A DNA stretch of 56,079 nt from an uncultured Candidatus Peribacteria bacterium (lineage in GTDB: Bacteria > Patescibacteriota > Gracilibacteria > RBG-16-42-10). The DNA lies in contig CAZERA010000001.1 of the NCBI GenBank assembly GCA_964514565.1, positions 496,001-552,079 of the forward strand, written 5' to 3'. A program made the translations under genes and the position numbers. Under the pieces are notes generated by a model that did not search any database, was not told the origin of the DNA, and saw nothing but the letters and a program-made list of their open reading frames with translations. Shown here one piece after another: positions 28,417 through 39,147 of this stretch; the first letter of the stretch is position 1; the number at the start of each line of letters is the position of its first letter.

Positions 28417-31400
28417 TCACAAGGTGCATAGTTTCTCAAATTGATCAGCATCATCTCTAATGATAGCTGGAAAACGCTTAGCCGATTCCATAAATGTATC
28501 TTGGATTACTGCTCTTACTTCCCCAGTAATCCCTTTGTCATCTCGTTCTTCAGCAACGATTCGAGCATTGGTGAATTTACTAATCATTTGCCAATGTTTT
28601 AACGTTGTTGTATCGGCAGTTTGTACCGTAGCTTTGGGATCAAAGATCCAGGGAGCTTCATACAGTGCAGTTAACAATTTGTAGCGATCAAGAATAGCCG
28701 AGACTCTTCTAATTAAGTTTTCGCCCAAATCACTAAAATAGCCACCATTTTCAAAATGCATCAGTGGGGTGCCTACTTTTTGATAGAGATCCAGGTCGTT
28801 GAGATGTCTACGGCCAAGCATATCGGTTCGACAACCTGGACTAAGGATGTCATATGGTAAGTTGCGCAATCGAATGCCATCACCATAAGCCATGATATAG
28901 GCATTGGTTTTGCTATTTTGGGTCTTGGTAGACCAGGCATCTACTGCGTAATGCGGGGTAGCCTCGGTTGCTAAAAGCATGGTAGCCCCTAGTATTCTTT
29001 CAGTCGCATCATGTTTACGTGGCTTTAATCTGCCGGGCAAACATGTTTGCATGTCAAAGTTGCGATCATCGAAAAGACCTTTTTTCTTCAGATAAAGCAT
29101 GCATAGTTTTATTTCCTCAGAAGTGCCTGGCCGAAAGAGTAAGGTTTTGCCAGCATGAATAGTAGAAAATGGGGAAGTACCGAGGCCAAGCTGGCCAATC
29201 AGAGCATCAACTACTGCTAGATCAACTGCTTTATCTACGTGTAGTTTTGCACCTAAAGGTAAATAACCTGGGCGCGAAATGCGAGATCTTAGTAAATAAT
29301 CCCAAGCGGGTGCTAAATCATCATTTTCATCCGGGGGCTCGACTCCCTCCTGCCAACTTTCGGCAAGAATAGCAAGCATCTCAGCCATCTTATTTGATTT
29401 GAGTGTGCCAATCTTTGCTGCTACTCGTCTAGGTAATCTTGCTGGTACTAATTGAGTAATGCCTTCAGTATTTGCTTTCACTGGTTGGTTTGCTTTATGC
29501 CACAGTTCGCGGGCCACGTGGATATCCGTGTCTAAAGAACCATTTACTGAGCTCAACAATGCTCTTTGTGGGGTCGCCAATGAGTGAGGGTGACGTAAGA
29601 GAAAACCATAAAAAGTGTCCTGACGAGTTAAGGTGATAGCTTCTATGTTATTTATTTGCTCTGTTTGTTCGGGAAATGCCAAACGGGCAATTTGGCAAGC
29701 CTGACAGAAAGCATGCAGCACAGTATCTTTCACAATCACTACCGGTGTGTCGGTACTAAACAGTGATTTGATATCGCTTTCATTGGTTAGTGCTTCGAAC
29801 TCAAATAAAGTTGCCATTAGCTCTACCGGAATTCTTTTGGGCAAGTCCTGGCCCATGAGCTTTTGATAGCTTTTACAAGTAGCAGCTCTCACTCCGAAAT
29901 GTAATCTTTGGCCAAAAGCTGGGTACTTGGCCTTTACTTCATTGACACGTTCGAAATGATATTTGAGGTCTCGTTCCTCAATGGGGGCTTCCTTAAGAAT
30001 GTGCTCACTCAGAGAGATTGTTGTCAATCCTAGGCCGTTTTCTTCGATCGGACCGATGCCAAAGATATATCGGCAAATGATCAAGTCGGGTTGTGCATCC
30101 TGACCCATTCTTTTCGCAAAGTGATGATAGCCCGCTTCAGCCACTAAGAGCCGGGCACATGGTAGATAGCGTTCTCTAGCCCCTTCGTTGCCGGCAATAA
30201 AATCATCAGCAAAAGCTTTATACATATTGGAGAGCTCTTGCCCTTGCCAAGGCATGCTGTTTGTTAGGGGGAGAGTGATGACTGGCATGATCTCACGTCT
30301 AGTTAAGCCTTGCGGTAGTAAAGTGTCGTACCATCTTGCGCGGGTTCTAGGATTGGGGAGCTTTGCTAATGTAAGGATGTCTTCCCCGAGCTCCGCTGCG
30401 GTTGGTAATGCATCTTTGAGTTGATGCTCACTTGATGCTCGTGAGTGATCAGCAACAATCTGAACCAAGTAGCTGAGTTGGCTTATGGCATTATCCATCG
30501 TAGCAGGATTGGCACTGTCCTCACTAGCAGTGATCACCCCGAATGTATCGACGAAAAGTTGGTGGTGTGGGGTTTTGTATGTGCTGAGCAGTATTCCAAA
30601 AGCTTGGCTTCGGTGTTGAGGTGATATTTGGGGAACAGTTGCTTGGGCTGTGCTTTGTGCCAAGACTCCCACGGCAACCTGTTCTGTGGAATCACTGGTG
30701 GTGATAGCTCCATAGAATCTTCTGGCCCCGCCATAGTTTCTAAACTCTGGATATACTGAATCTGGATTGAGCTGATAAAGTCTGATAAGCCCTTTAATAC
30801 ATGCTCGCATTGAGCGATTACGGTCGTTATCAAGCCAGGCAATTTGATGGATAAAGTCTATTTGTACTGCCGGTGGGATTTTAGCGACTACTAAATCACT
30901 GACTAACTGGCCGATACCACCTTCGTATCCTTTGAGGTGATTGGCTAGATTCAATACAGTCAGGTAGGCAGATCCCAAAGCTTCACCATATATCATAGGC
31001 AGATACAGGAGCTCCGTTACCTCAGCTTGATCTACATCAGATGCTTTTAGTTGCTCAATTACCCCTCCTATATGGACATGTCCGTCCGATTGGGAGAATT
31101 TTTTGTAGACATGAAAAATCTTTTCTAATGGATTGGGATGGTGGCGAATAAGAAATGCGGCAGCGCTAATCACGGCAGCTAATAGTGATGGGTGACAGTT
31201 ACTAGCTGCACTTCCCAATTGCATCATTTGCTGATTTTTCCAATAGCGAACTGAGCTATACACCTCATCATCTCTGTATTTGTGTGTTTCTTTATTGGCT
31301 TGAGCTGCACCTTCTACGGCTAGATAGTATTGCTCAATGCTTTCAACTATATCTAGGCTGACTTTCCCTGCCAACAACCGTTCTTTTACCTTTTTCCAGC

Positions 31401-31503
31401 CAATATCTCTAATTTTTGAGTCTAAATCACAGAGGAAATCTCGTAGGGATCTCAAGTCACTCCAATCATCTGGTCCGTCAGTATCGTCCTCCCACAAATC
31501 CAT
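28417..31503 (-). CDS. large hypothetical protein
   Basis: 1028-aa uninterrupted ORF with no confident family. Confidence 0.8.
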   Translation of the reverse strand: MDLWEDDTDGPDDWSDLRSLRDFLCDLDSKIRDIGWKKVKERLLAGKVSLDIVESIEQYYLAVEGAAQANKETHKYRDDEVYSSVRYWKNQQMMQLGSAASNCHPSLLAAVISAAAFLIRHHPNPLEKIFHVYKKFSQSDGHVHIGGVIEQLKASDVDQAEVTELLYLPMIYGEALGSAYLTVLNLANHLKGYEGGIGQLVSDLVVAKIPPAVQIDFIHQIAWLDNDRNRSMRACIKGLIRLYQLNPDSVYPEFRNYGGARRFYGAITTSDSTEQVAVGVLAQSTAQATVPQISPQHRSQAFGILLSTYKTPHHQLFVDTFGVITASEDSANPATMDNAISQLSYLVQIVADHSRASSEHQLKDALPTAAELGEDILTLAKLPNPRTRARWYDTLLPQGLTRREIMPVITLPLTNSMPWQGQELSNMYKAFADDFIAGNEGARERYLPCARLLVAEAGYHHFAKRMGQDAQPDLIICRYIFGIGPIEENGLGLTTISLSEHILKEAPIEERDLKYHFERVNEVKAKYPAFGQRLHFGVRAATCKSYQKLMGQDLPKRIPVELMATLFEFEALTNESDIKSLFSTDTPVVIVKDTVLHAFCQACQIARLAFPEQTEQINNIEAITLTRQDTFYGFLLRHPHSLATPQRALLSSVNGSLDTDIHVARELWHKANQPVKANTEGITQLVPARLPRRVAAKIGTLKSNKMAEMLAILAESWQEGVEPPDENDDLAPAWDYLLRSRISRPGYLPLGAKLHVDKAVDLAVVDALIGQLGLGTSPFSTIHAGKTLLFRPGTSEEIKLCMLYLKKKGLFDDRNFDMQTCLPGRLKPRKHDATERILGATMLLATEATPHYAVDAWSTKTQNSKTNAYIMAYGDGIRLRNLPYDILSPGCRTDMLGRRHLNDLDLYQKVGTPLMHFENGGYFSDLGENLIRRVSAILDRYKLLTALYEAPWIFDPKATVQTADTTTLKHWQMISKFTNARIVAEERDDKGITGEVRAVIQDTFMESAKRFPAIIRDDADQFEKLCTL

Positions 31504-31671
31504 ACACTGAATTAAATTTTAGTAGCGATACTACAACATTGTCCTTTCGCCTGGCAATAGTGAAGGGGGTGTGAAAAATACTGTACATAGGCTGCATTTA
31601 CATCTTAGCCACATTCTTGTATTGTGACTCACCAATATTTGATTGGAAATCATAATTTTACAACACAAGAA

Positions 31672-32934
31672 ATGAGTGCTGATTTTTTATCGTCAGAAAA
31701 AAAAGAGCAGTTGGCAACGCGAGATGTTCGCAATTTCGATTTACATGTCTTAGCAGGAAAGGTTGAGTTGGGGGCTACTATACTTGATCAGTTTTATGTG
31801 GCACCTGATGTCTTGGTGACTCGCAATGGAATACGAGAATTAGACTTGCCTCGAGGACACTTACATATCGATCAAATGCATCTAACTCGTCAATTGGGGA
31901 GATTTGGAGCTGGGTTACAGTACGAAATTGGTATTGCTGAGGTGGGAAAATTTGAACTGCCAGGATCAGGAAAGCGAAGAGCGTATAGTTTATTGGCTCA
32001 TAATAATATCCAGGCTCATCCTCATTTCATGGTCTGGTACCCAGGGTTTGGTCATAGTTTGGTGGCTAAAAGTACTAAGTGGGAGATGGCCATTCAGGCT
32101 CAGATTGCCCATGCTCTCGGAGTGAATATTCTCTGTGTGAATCCGGGGGGGCGTGGCGTGCCTACATCAGGTTCCACTCGGGGTGTTGCCAACATTTCTG
32201 CTGCAACAATGATTGAAGACACTATTCATACTACGGATGGATTAATTAATGGAGTCTTAGCCAATGCTAAAGTGCCTAATGATCAACCAACTGACGTGAT
32301 TGTTGTCGGGCACTCTTTGGGCGCAGCTTTGGCTCGTGCATATGCTTATGACATCGCTACTAGTATGTCACGAAGGATACTACGTGGTTTGATCCAAGAG
32401 GCCCCTATCGGGGCAGATATTTGCGAGGACATCATGAATCTAAAACATATAGAGGCTATTGTAGCTTTAGTGCCTGAATGTCTTGCTCGAACTGCGTTCA
32501 CATCCCGAGGCATGCAACTGCAAGTTAAGGATTTGATTCGTTTGTTTTATGGCGAAAATTGTTCTCCGCTTAATGCTGCTCTGTCAGCTTGGGGACTGGT
32601 ACCAGGCGAGGCCAGAAATTTCCTCGACCTTAGTTTATTACCGGGTGATTTGGAGAGATTCGTTGATACAGTTACATTTCCAGGTGATTCAATGAAAAAA
32701 ACTGTGAGAGGAGTTGGGAGTCAAATTATTTACCCATCCAGGGATGCTATCTTTTTTAGAGGGCCAGGTTCGGGCCAATCTCCTACTGATAAGATGTGGT
32801 TGGCAACCCGCAAGCTTGGTACAACCGGATTTGGATTGGAAGGACCGCATTGTTTTGTTACACCTGACCCTACTGTTGCGGAAAAAGATGCTGTAAGAAA
32901 TATGTACAAAAATGTTTTTAATCTTAGTGATTGA
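31672..32934 (+). CDS. alpha/beta hydrolase
   Basis: YPGFG oxyanion loop, NPGGRG, nucleophile elbow VVGHSLGA, RDAIF (Asp) and GPHCF (His). ATG 31672 preferred. Confidence 0.8.
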   Translation: MSADFLSSEKKEQLATRDVRNFDLHVLAGKVELGATILDQFYVAPDVLVTRNGIRELDLPRGHLHIDQMHLTRQLGRFGAGLQYEIGIAEVGKFELPGSGKRRAYSLLAHNNIQAHPHFMVWYPGFGHSLVAKSTKWEMAIQAQIAHALGVNILCVNPGGRGVPTSGSTRGVANISAATMIEDTIHTTDGLINGVLANAKVPNDQPTDVIVVGHSLGAALARAYAYDIATSMSRRILRGLIQEAPIGADICEDIMNLKHIEAIVALVPECLARTAFTSRGMQLQVKDLIRLFYGENCSPLNAALSAWGLVPGEARNFLDLSLLPGDLERFVDTVTFPGDSMKKTVRGVGSQIIYPSRDAIFFRGPGSGQSPTDKMWLATRKLGTTGFGLEGPHCFVTPDPTVAEKDAVRNMYKNVFNLSD

Positions 32935-32958
32935 GTGCGTGTTGCTTTTTAGCTTATA

Positions 32959-32987
32959 TTGACGCCAAGTGTTATAGGCAGTATTCT
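32959..32987 (+). promoter_or_regulatory. sigma70 promoter for DEAD-box helicase
   Basis: TTGACG-N17-TATTCT about 85 bp upstream of the ATG. Confidence 0.6.
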
Positions 32988-33072
32988 GCGGTTATGGTTT
33001 CGTAATTGCTCTTGATTCGGTCTTGAAGTACATTAGGGAACTAATAAATATTTATTTTTCTTTGTTCCCTTT

Positions 33073-34930
33073 ATGTCTTCTTCGCCAACGGTGTCTACCT
33101 TTTCTGACTTAGAACTTGATCAAGAGATCTTGCAAGTACTAGCCAAGAATCGCATGGTTACTCCTACACCAATTCAACAAAAAGCTATTCCAATCGTCCT
33201 GACTGGAAAAGACTTGATTGGTATTGCCCAAACTGGTACTGGTAAAACCTTTGCTTTTGGTTTGCCTACCCTTCATCGTCTCCAAACCCTCAAGGGTAAG
33301 GCTTTGGTGATCGTTCCTACTCGTGAATTAGCTTTCCAAGTAGAAGAATCCCTCAAATCTTATTCACATGCGATGAAGATTTTGAGCGTGTGTTTGATTG
33401 GTGGCGCTCCAATGGGTGGTCAAAAACAAATCTTGGCTAAAAAGCCTCGTTTGATTATTGCTACTCCAGGTCGTTTGATCGATCATTTAGAGCAACGCAC
33501 TGTTCAACTCCAAGATGTACAAGTTTTGATCTTGGATGAAGCAGATCGCATGTTTGATATGGGTTTTGCTCCTCAAATTCAACGTATTGTTGAGCATGTC
33601 GGCAAAGAACGTCAGACTTTGCTTTTCTCAGCTACTATGCCTGGTCCAATTGCTAAGCTAGCAACTAAGCACATGATCAATCCACAACGCGTGGAGATTG
33701 CTTCAGCTGGTACTGTTGCTGACAAGGTCGAGCAAGGTGCTTACATGGTCAAACGCCCTCAGAAAACTGCTTTACTAGCCACTCTGCTCAGTCAGAGTTT
33801 TGGTACTGCTTTGGTGTTTACTCGTACCAAACATGGTGCCAAGAATCTCACTCGTATTATCAAACAATTAGGTTATTCAGTAGCTGAAATCCATTCCAAT
33901 CGTTCACTCGGCCAACGTCGCCAGGCTCTTGAGGGTTTCAAAACTGGTCGCTATAGAGTATTGATCGCTACTGATATCGCTGCTCGTGGTATCGATGTGG
34001 CTGGTATTGAATTGGTAGTCAACTATGATTTACCAGAAAATCCTGAAGATTATGTGCATCGTATTGGTCGTACAGCTCGTGCTGGTTTGACTGGTAAAGC
34101 ATTATCTTTTGCTACTCCTGATCAAGCTTTCGAAGTAAAACGCATAGAGCGTCTCACTCGGATCATGATTCCTCGTCTTGAACTACCTGAACTTTTAGAA
34201 ATTCCTGAGATGGCTCATCGTGAAGAAGACGATCGTCCTCAGCGCTTTGATCGTAAACGTAGTTTCGGTGGTGGTAGCAGTCGTGGTGGTTCTCGCCCAT
34301 ATCGTGGCGGTTCATCAGCTGGTGCTAGCCAAGAAGGTGCAATTAGCTCTAGCTCAAATATTGATGCTGGTGGGCCTCAAGGCGGTAGTTCTTCTTATAG
34401 TCGTCCATCTGGAGATCGCCCAAGTGGCGGTAGTGGATATAGTCGTGGTCCTCGTCGTGAAGGCGGTGGTTCATACGGTCGTCCAAGTGGCGGTAGCTCA
34501 TACGGTCGCNNNNNNNNNNNNNNNNNNNNNNNNNNNNNNNNNNNNNNNNNNNNNNNNNNNNNNNNNNNNNNNNNNNNNNNNNNNNNNNNNNNNNNNNNNN
34601 NNNNNNNNNGGTAGCTCATACGGTCGCCCATCGGGCGGTAGTAGCTATGGTCGTCGCGAAGGTGGCAGCTCTTATGGTCGCCCATCAGGAGATCGTCCAA
34701 GCGGTGGTAGTAGTTACAAACCTCGTCGCGAGGGGGGTAGCTCATACGGCTTTGGTGGTCACAGCAGTGATGGTCAAGATCGTCCAAGTCGCGGTGGTTT
34801 TGGTGCTAAACGCGGTGGCTTTGGTGGTAAACCATCAGGCGATCGTCGTACTAGTCGTGAACCACGTCGTGGAGACAAGCGTCCTGGTAATGCAGGCAAT
34901 CCACCACCACGGTTTGAGAGTAAATGGTAA
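33073..34930 (+). CDS. DEAD-box RNA helicase (RhlE/CshA-like) with Gly/Ser/Arg-rich repeat tail, spanning an assembly gap
   Basis: Q motif PTPIQ, AQTGTGKT, PTRELA, TPGR, DEAD, SAT, ARGID and HRIGRTAR. The GGSSYGRPS tail continues after the N-run to TAA 34930. Confidence 0.95.
34510..34609. other. scaffold gap (100 N)
   Basis: Run of exactly 100 N inside tandem coding repeats. Confidence 0.99.
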
Positions 34931-34950
34931 AATCCCGCAAGCGCGGGATA

Positions 34951-34980
34951 GGTCAGAGGTCAAAGGTACGAGGGCAGAGG
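34951..34980 (-). repeat. 7-bp repeat tract, CTCTGAY/CTCGTAC family
   Basis: The reverse complement reads ctctgcc ctcgtac ctttgac ctctgac. Confidence 0.75.
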
Positions 34981-34997
34981 TTTTGAGTAATGATATG

Positions 34998-35030
34998 AAA
35001 GGTCTTCCAGGTTGCTGGAGGGCCTTTTTT
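34998..35030 (+). terminator. Rho-independent terminator
   Basis: aaaggtcttccag-gttg-ctggagggccttt plus T-run, downstream of the helicase. Confidence 0.8.
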
Positions 35031-35282
35031 GTGAGATTGCTTTGGGGAAGAGTTGTTGATGAAATTCAAGGGTTTTCTTGGGAAAGAGAAATCTGTCGTA
35101 GAATGTCTTCAACACCATTGGTTTTATGGGTGAAATGCTTTATAATAAAGGGAAAGTTAATTTTAGGCTGCTTAATTAAATGATTAGTTCTGAGCTTGAG
35201 GTTATGCTTAAATAAAAGTTTTTGCTAAAGCTGTCAAATGTACGTATATTGCACTAGAAATAATAGTCACTTGTAGTTTCCC

Positions 35283-37544
35283 ATGAAGCTGACTAGTCCT
35301 CACCATATTGCCGGGAAATGTATTGCCTTGGCCGTCCGCGTGCCACAGGGTGACAATACACTTAAAAAAGAAAAGATTTTCGAAGGGCTATTGGTGACTC
35401 TCAAAAAGTCTCTTAAACATGAGACGATTTCTTTAGAAATGGTGTCATATAGACAGCATATTTACTTCTATATCTATATCCCAGCTTACCTGGTGGAATT
35501 GGTCGAGGGCCAAATCTATGCTACTTATCCAGATTGTGAAATCAATCGAGTAGGGGATTATGTGAGTGAGCATGTGCTCAAAACGTATCATGTGGTGGGC
35601 AGTGAGATTAAACTAAAACGTTCCGATATTTATCCATTCAAAACATATACGCACTTTGAAGGTGACTCTGAATCGAGTCTCTTTGCTGTTTTGACCAAGG
35701 GTGATAAGCAAGATCAAGCTTGGATTCAAATGGTAGTGACTCCTATCTCGGATACTTGGTTTTTTAACTTTTGGCGTTCTTGTAAGATCCGATTTCGCCG
35801 TATCCGTGGTTTTTTTCGTCTCAAGAATCGTTTCAAAACGCAGGATGTCGCAGGTATTGAAGACAAAGCGATCAAAGCGAAAGTACAAAAAGACTATTAT
35901 CAGATTGCCATTCGAGTGGCTTATCTCAGTACTGAGAGTGAAAAAGCATCACAACGTTTACGTGCTTTGGTAGAAGCTTTCTCTCCATTCAATACTGATG
36001 ATCTCAACAGCTTCAAACCTTCAGGTACTCTGCAAGGGCTAGCATTTTTGCGTAAATATAAGTCACGTGTGCAGTCACCAGATTTTCAAGTAAATACGGA
36101 AGAATTAGCTTCGCTGTACCACTTCCCCAATGCTGATATGATCCCTCATATCGTGCATGTATTAGCTCGTAAAGGCCAACCACCACTAGATTTGCCTGTG
36201 AAGGGGACGGATGAAGACAAAAACATTTGTTTATTTGGCACTACCAATTTTCACAATCAGAACAATATCTTTGGTATGAAGCGCTCAGACCGCCAACGCC
36301 ATCTGTATGTGATCGGAAAAAGTGGTGTGGGTAAAAGTAAATTGTTTGAATTGTTGTCGATCGAGGACGTAATGAATGGTCATGGTATTGCGGTACTTGA
36401 TCCGCATGGAGATTTGATTGAGGATATTATTAAACGTATTCCTGAGTCTCGCATCAAAGATGTGATCTACTTCGATCCATCTGATACTGATTTTCCTATT
36501 GCCTTCAATCCTTTGGAGCAGGTTGCCCCTCAATACAAGATGCGAGTGACGATTGGTTTTATTGAGATTTTCAAGAAACTGTTTGGTAGCAACTGGACGC
36601 CTCGTCTGGAGCATGTACTGCGCTATACCACCTTGGCTTTGCTTGATTCACCCAATACTACGGTACTTAGTATCGTGAAAATGCTAACTGACAAAAACTA
36701 TCGTCAGAAAATCGTAGCGAGAATTGAAGATTCAGTCGTCAAAAACTTTTGGGTCAATGAATTTGCTGGTTGGAGTGAGAAATTCGACAATGAAGCGATC
36801 ATGCCAGTGCTCAATAAAGTAGGCCAGTTTATCTCTACTGCACTGATTCGAAACATGGTGGGGCAGCCTGAGAACAAGCTCAACATGCGTACGATCATGG
36901 ATGAACGCAAGATTTTGCTAGTGAAGCTCTCACGTGGTCTTTTGGGTGATGAGAATAGTAATTTGCTAGGAGCGATGTTGATTACCAAAATTCAACAAGC
37001 AGCGATGAGTCGGGCTGATATTCGTGAAGAAGACCGCAAACCGTTCTTTCTCTATGTAGATGAGTTTCAAAACTTTGCTACTGATACCTTTGAACAAATC
37101 TTGTCTGAAGCCCGTAAATACCGCTTGTCCGTGACGCTTGCTCATCAATTCATGGCTCAGCTGACACCAGCACTACGTTCTACTGTATTTGGTAATGTAG
37201 GTTCTATTGTCAGCTTCCGTGTCGGTGCTGATGATGCTGCGATTTTAGAAAAAGAATACACACCAGTATTTAAAGTAAGAGATATCATCAATCTCGGTGT
37301 GCAAGAATTTTATGTGAAGATGGCGATCGATGGTGAGACTCGTGATGCCTTCTCTGGCAAGACTCTAGCCGTACAGTATCCTGAAAAGAACTTCCGTAAT
37401 GAAATCATTGCCAATTCACACAAAGTTTATGGTAAGCCACGTAGACAGGTAGAAGAAGATTTAGCTAAATGGAGTCAGGTCGGTAGTGAGCCAGACAAAG
37501 TAGTGCAAAATCAAGATGAAGACTTCGCTAAGCCGTTGGTTTAG
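35283..37544 (+). CDS. VirB4/TraG-like (type IV secretion coupling) ATPase
   Basis: DRQRHLYVIGKSGVGKS Walker A, LDPHGDL, FNPLE, LYVDEFQNF Walker B, SEARKYRL and AHQF..QL. Confidence 0.9.
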   Translation: MKLTSPHHIAGKCIALAVRVPQGDNTLKKEKIFEGLLVTLKKSLKHETISLEMVSYRQHIYFYIYIPAYLVELVEGQIYATYPDCEINRVGDYVSEHVLKTYHVVGSEIKLKRSDIYPFKTYTHFEGDSESSLFAVLTKGDKQDQAWIQMVVTPISDTWFFNFWRSCKIRFRRIRGFFRLKNRFKTQDVAGIEDKAIKAKVQKDYYQIAIRVAYLSTESEKASQRLRALVEAFSPFNTDDLNSFKPSGTLQGLAFLRKYKSRVQSPDFQVNTEELASLYHFPNADMIPHIVHVLARKGQPPLDLPVKGTDEDKNICLFGTTNFHNQNNIFGMKRSDRQRHLYVIGKSGVGKSKLFELLSIEDVMNGHGIAVLDPHGDLIEDIIKRIPESRIKDVIYFDPSDTDFPIAFNPLEQVAPQYKMRVTIGFIEIFKKLFGSNWTPRLEHVLRYTTLALLDSPNTTVLSIVKMLTDKNYRQKIVARIEDSVVKNFWVNEFAGWSEKFDNEAIMPVLNKVGQFISTALIRNMVGQPENKLNMRTIMDERKILLVKLSRGLLGDENSNLLGAMLITKIQQAAMSRADIREEDRKPFFLYVDEFQNFATDTFEQILSEARKYRLSVTLAHQFMAQLTPALRSTVFGNVGSIVSFRVGADDAAILEKEYTPVFKVRDIINLGVQEFYVKMAIDGETRDAFSGKTLAVQYPEKNFRNEIIANSHKVYGKPRRQVEEDLAKWSQVGSEPDKVVQNQDEDFAKPLV

Positions 37545-37986
37545 TTTGAGCTAGTGGATAAAGAATATCGGCAATCTCACGACGTTGTTGTTCGTGAATG
37601 GCACTCAACTGATCAGTCAGTATTCTTAATGCAGATCGCAAGAGAAACTGTACCTCGTGATCATCATCATCCGTGATGTCACTACTAGCATGTACTAAAA
37701 ATAAGGCTAATGCTGTTTGTAATGCTTCTTCGCTAAACTTAATTTTAGTACTTTCAGTAGCAGTCTCGCAGTTGTAGTAACTAAATTGTTTGCCAAGGAA
37801 GACTGCTAATACTCTCAGTGCTTCACTATCATCACTGACTACAGCAGTAAGTTTAGTACCTAGTGACTGTCCATATGCAGGTGAACATCCGCGCATCTCC
37901 AGTGCAGTACGGATAATGTGTCTACTAGTACTTACTAATATTTCTTTACTGCGAACTATTTCCACTGCTGTTTTATGTTGATTCAT
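37528..37986 (-). CDS. hypothetical protein
   Basis: 152-aa ORF, convergent and overlapping the ATPase stop. Confidence 0.6.
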   Translation of the reverse strand: MNQHKTAVEIVRSKEILVSTSRHIIRTALEMRGCSPAYGQSLGTKLTAVVSDDSEALRVLAVFLGKQFSYYNCETATESTKIKFSEEALQTALALFLVHASSDITDDDDHEVQFLLRSALRILTDQLSAIHEQQRREIADILYPLAQTKPTA

Positions 37987-38001
37987 AAGTTTCTTGGGGA
38001 A

Positions 38002-38910
38002 CTATTTAGCTGGTTGACTAATGTCAGCATTGGTATCGACAGTATCTGCCAACATCCTAATACCGATAGCTTCAAGTCGTTTGGGTGCAATTAATCCAGT
38101 GTTGAGCGTATGCGCTATGTCATCAAAGTGAATCAATCCTAACTCAATTAATTCCGAAACATAGGAGGCAGGGGCATGTTGTAAAAGACAAACAGTGGCT
38201 GCACTAGGAATTGGTAGCAATGTTCTAGCCAGGCCATTGCGGGTTAGCCATTTGTTAAACTCCTTGGATGACCGTGTTAGTAGTTTTTGAGTATGATTAT
38301 GATCATCTGCTGCTTCCTGTTTTACGCCATGAGCAGTTTGTAACTTAACTATGGCGTACTTATGTTCGGCATCGACTCCATGATGCATGCAGCTATTTCC
38401 CTGCAGAAAGATGTCGGTGGGAGATCCCAACTGTGGTATCTGTTCTTGAAATCTAGTTCGACTGCTGACTGTAGCCCGATCGATCTTGGTATTGAGCTCG
38501 GCCAATTCTCTCGCAACTTCTTCTGCATATTCAGCCTCATATTCTTCTCCTAGCAGTACCGACAATATCCTCGAAGGATCTACCGTACTATAAAGGGCCT
38601 GGTCTTTCAGAAAGAGAAGTTCTGCTTGCAGATCGCCATCATCTCCAAGGTCTGCCAAGCAACTTAAAGGACCAGCATTTTTGAGTATCTTTTTAGCCGA
38701 CTCAGTATCTGTCTTATCACTCGTAAAAAACAACCTCACCGGTATTTCGGGAAGGGGGAGTGTCTGAGTGCCGTTTAATGGCCAGTCAATAATGAACCTT
38801 GCTAAAGTGATTCGTGACTGTTGTTGCCAGCCAGCAAGCATAGTTTCCTTTGCATGGGCATCAAGTTTTTCAGCTAGTAAGTAACGTTTGGTTGCTAGAA
38901 ATTTTGCCAT
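38002..38910 (-). CDS. hypothetical protein
   Basis: 302-aa ORF, 15 bp upstream of the 152-aa ORF. Confidence 0.7.
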   Translation of the reverse strand: MAKFLATKRYLLAEKLDAHAKETMLAGWQQQSRITLARFIIDWPLNGTQTLPLPEIPVRLFFTSDKTDTESAKKILKNAGPLSCLADLGDDGDLQAELLFLKDQALYSTVDPSRILSVLLGEEYEAEYAEEVARELAELNTKIDRATVSSRTRFQEQIPQLGSPTDIFLQGNSCMHHGVDAEHKYAIVKLQTAHGVKQEAADDHNHTQKLLTRSSKEFNKWLTRNGLARTLLPIPSAATVCLLQHAPASYVSELIELGLIHFDDIAHTLNTGLIAPKRLEAIGIRMLADTVDTNADISQPAK

Positions 38911-39005
38911 TGTGGTGTTTTAAAACAAAATTGATTCAGCGAAAGTAAGCGAGATTAGATCAACTATATAAAAATGGCAATGGGTGCTATTTAACTGAAT
39001 CATAC

Positions 39006-39038
39006 TGTGGATCAAGCATTATCCACATATGTGGATAA
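39006..39038. promoter_or_regulatory. DnaA-box cluster
   Basis: TGTGGATCA (39006-14, one mismatch), TTATCCACA (39019-27, perfect) and TGTGGATAA (39030-38, perfect). Confidence 0.75.
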
Positions 39039-39147
39039 ATACGCCCATACATTTCTTACCTCTTCCCTTTTAATTCTTACCTAGAGCTATAACTGTCTTG
39101 CAGTTTAACAAAGAACCTTTATAGTGGAATTGAGTGTCCCCCCTCCT

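Noticed and set aside
34510..34609. Frameshift or pseudogene in the DEAD-box helicase
   Set aside because: The frame change coincides with a 100-N placeholder gap, and the same repeat peptide continues on both sides.
39006..39038. Replication origin
   Set aside because: Only three boxes, no dnaA/dnaN nearby, no obvious unwinding-element repeats, and core genes and tRNAs are on the + strand on both sides.
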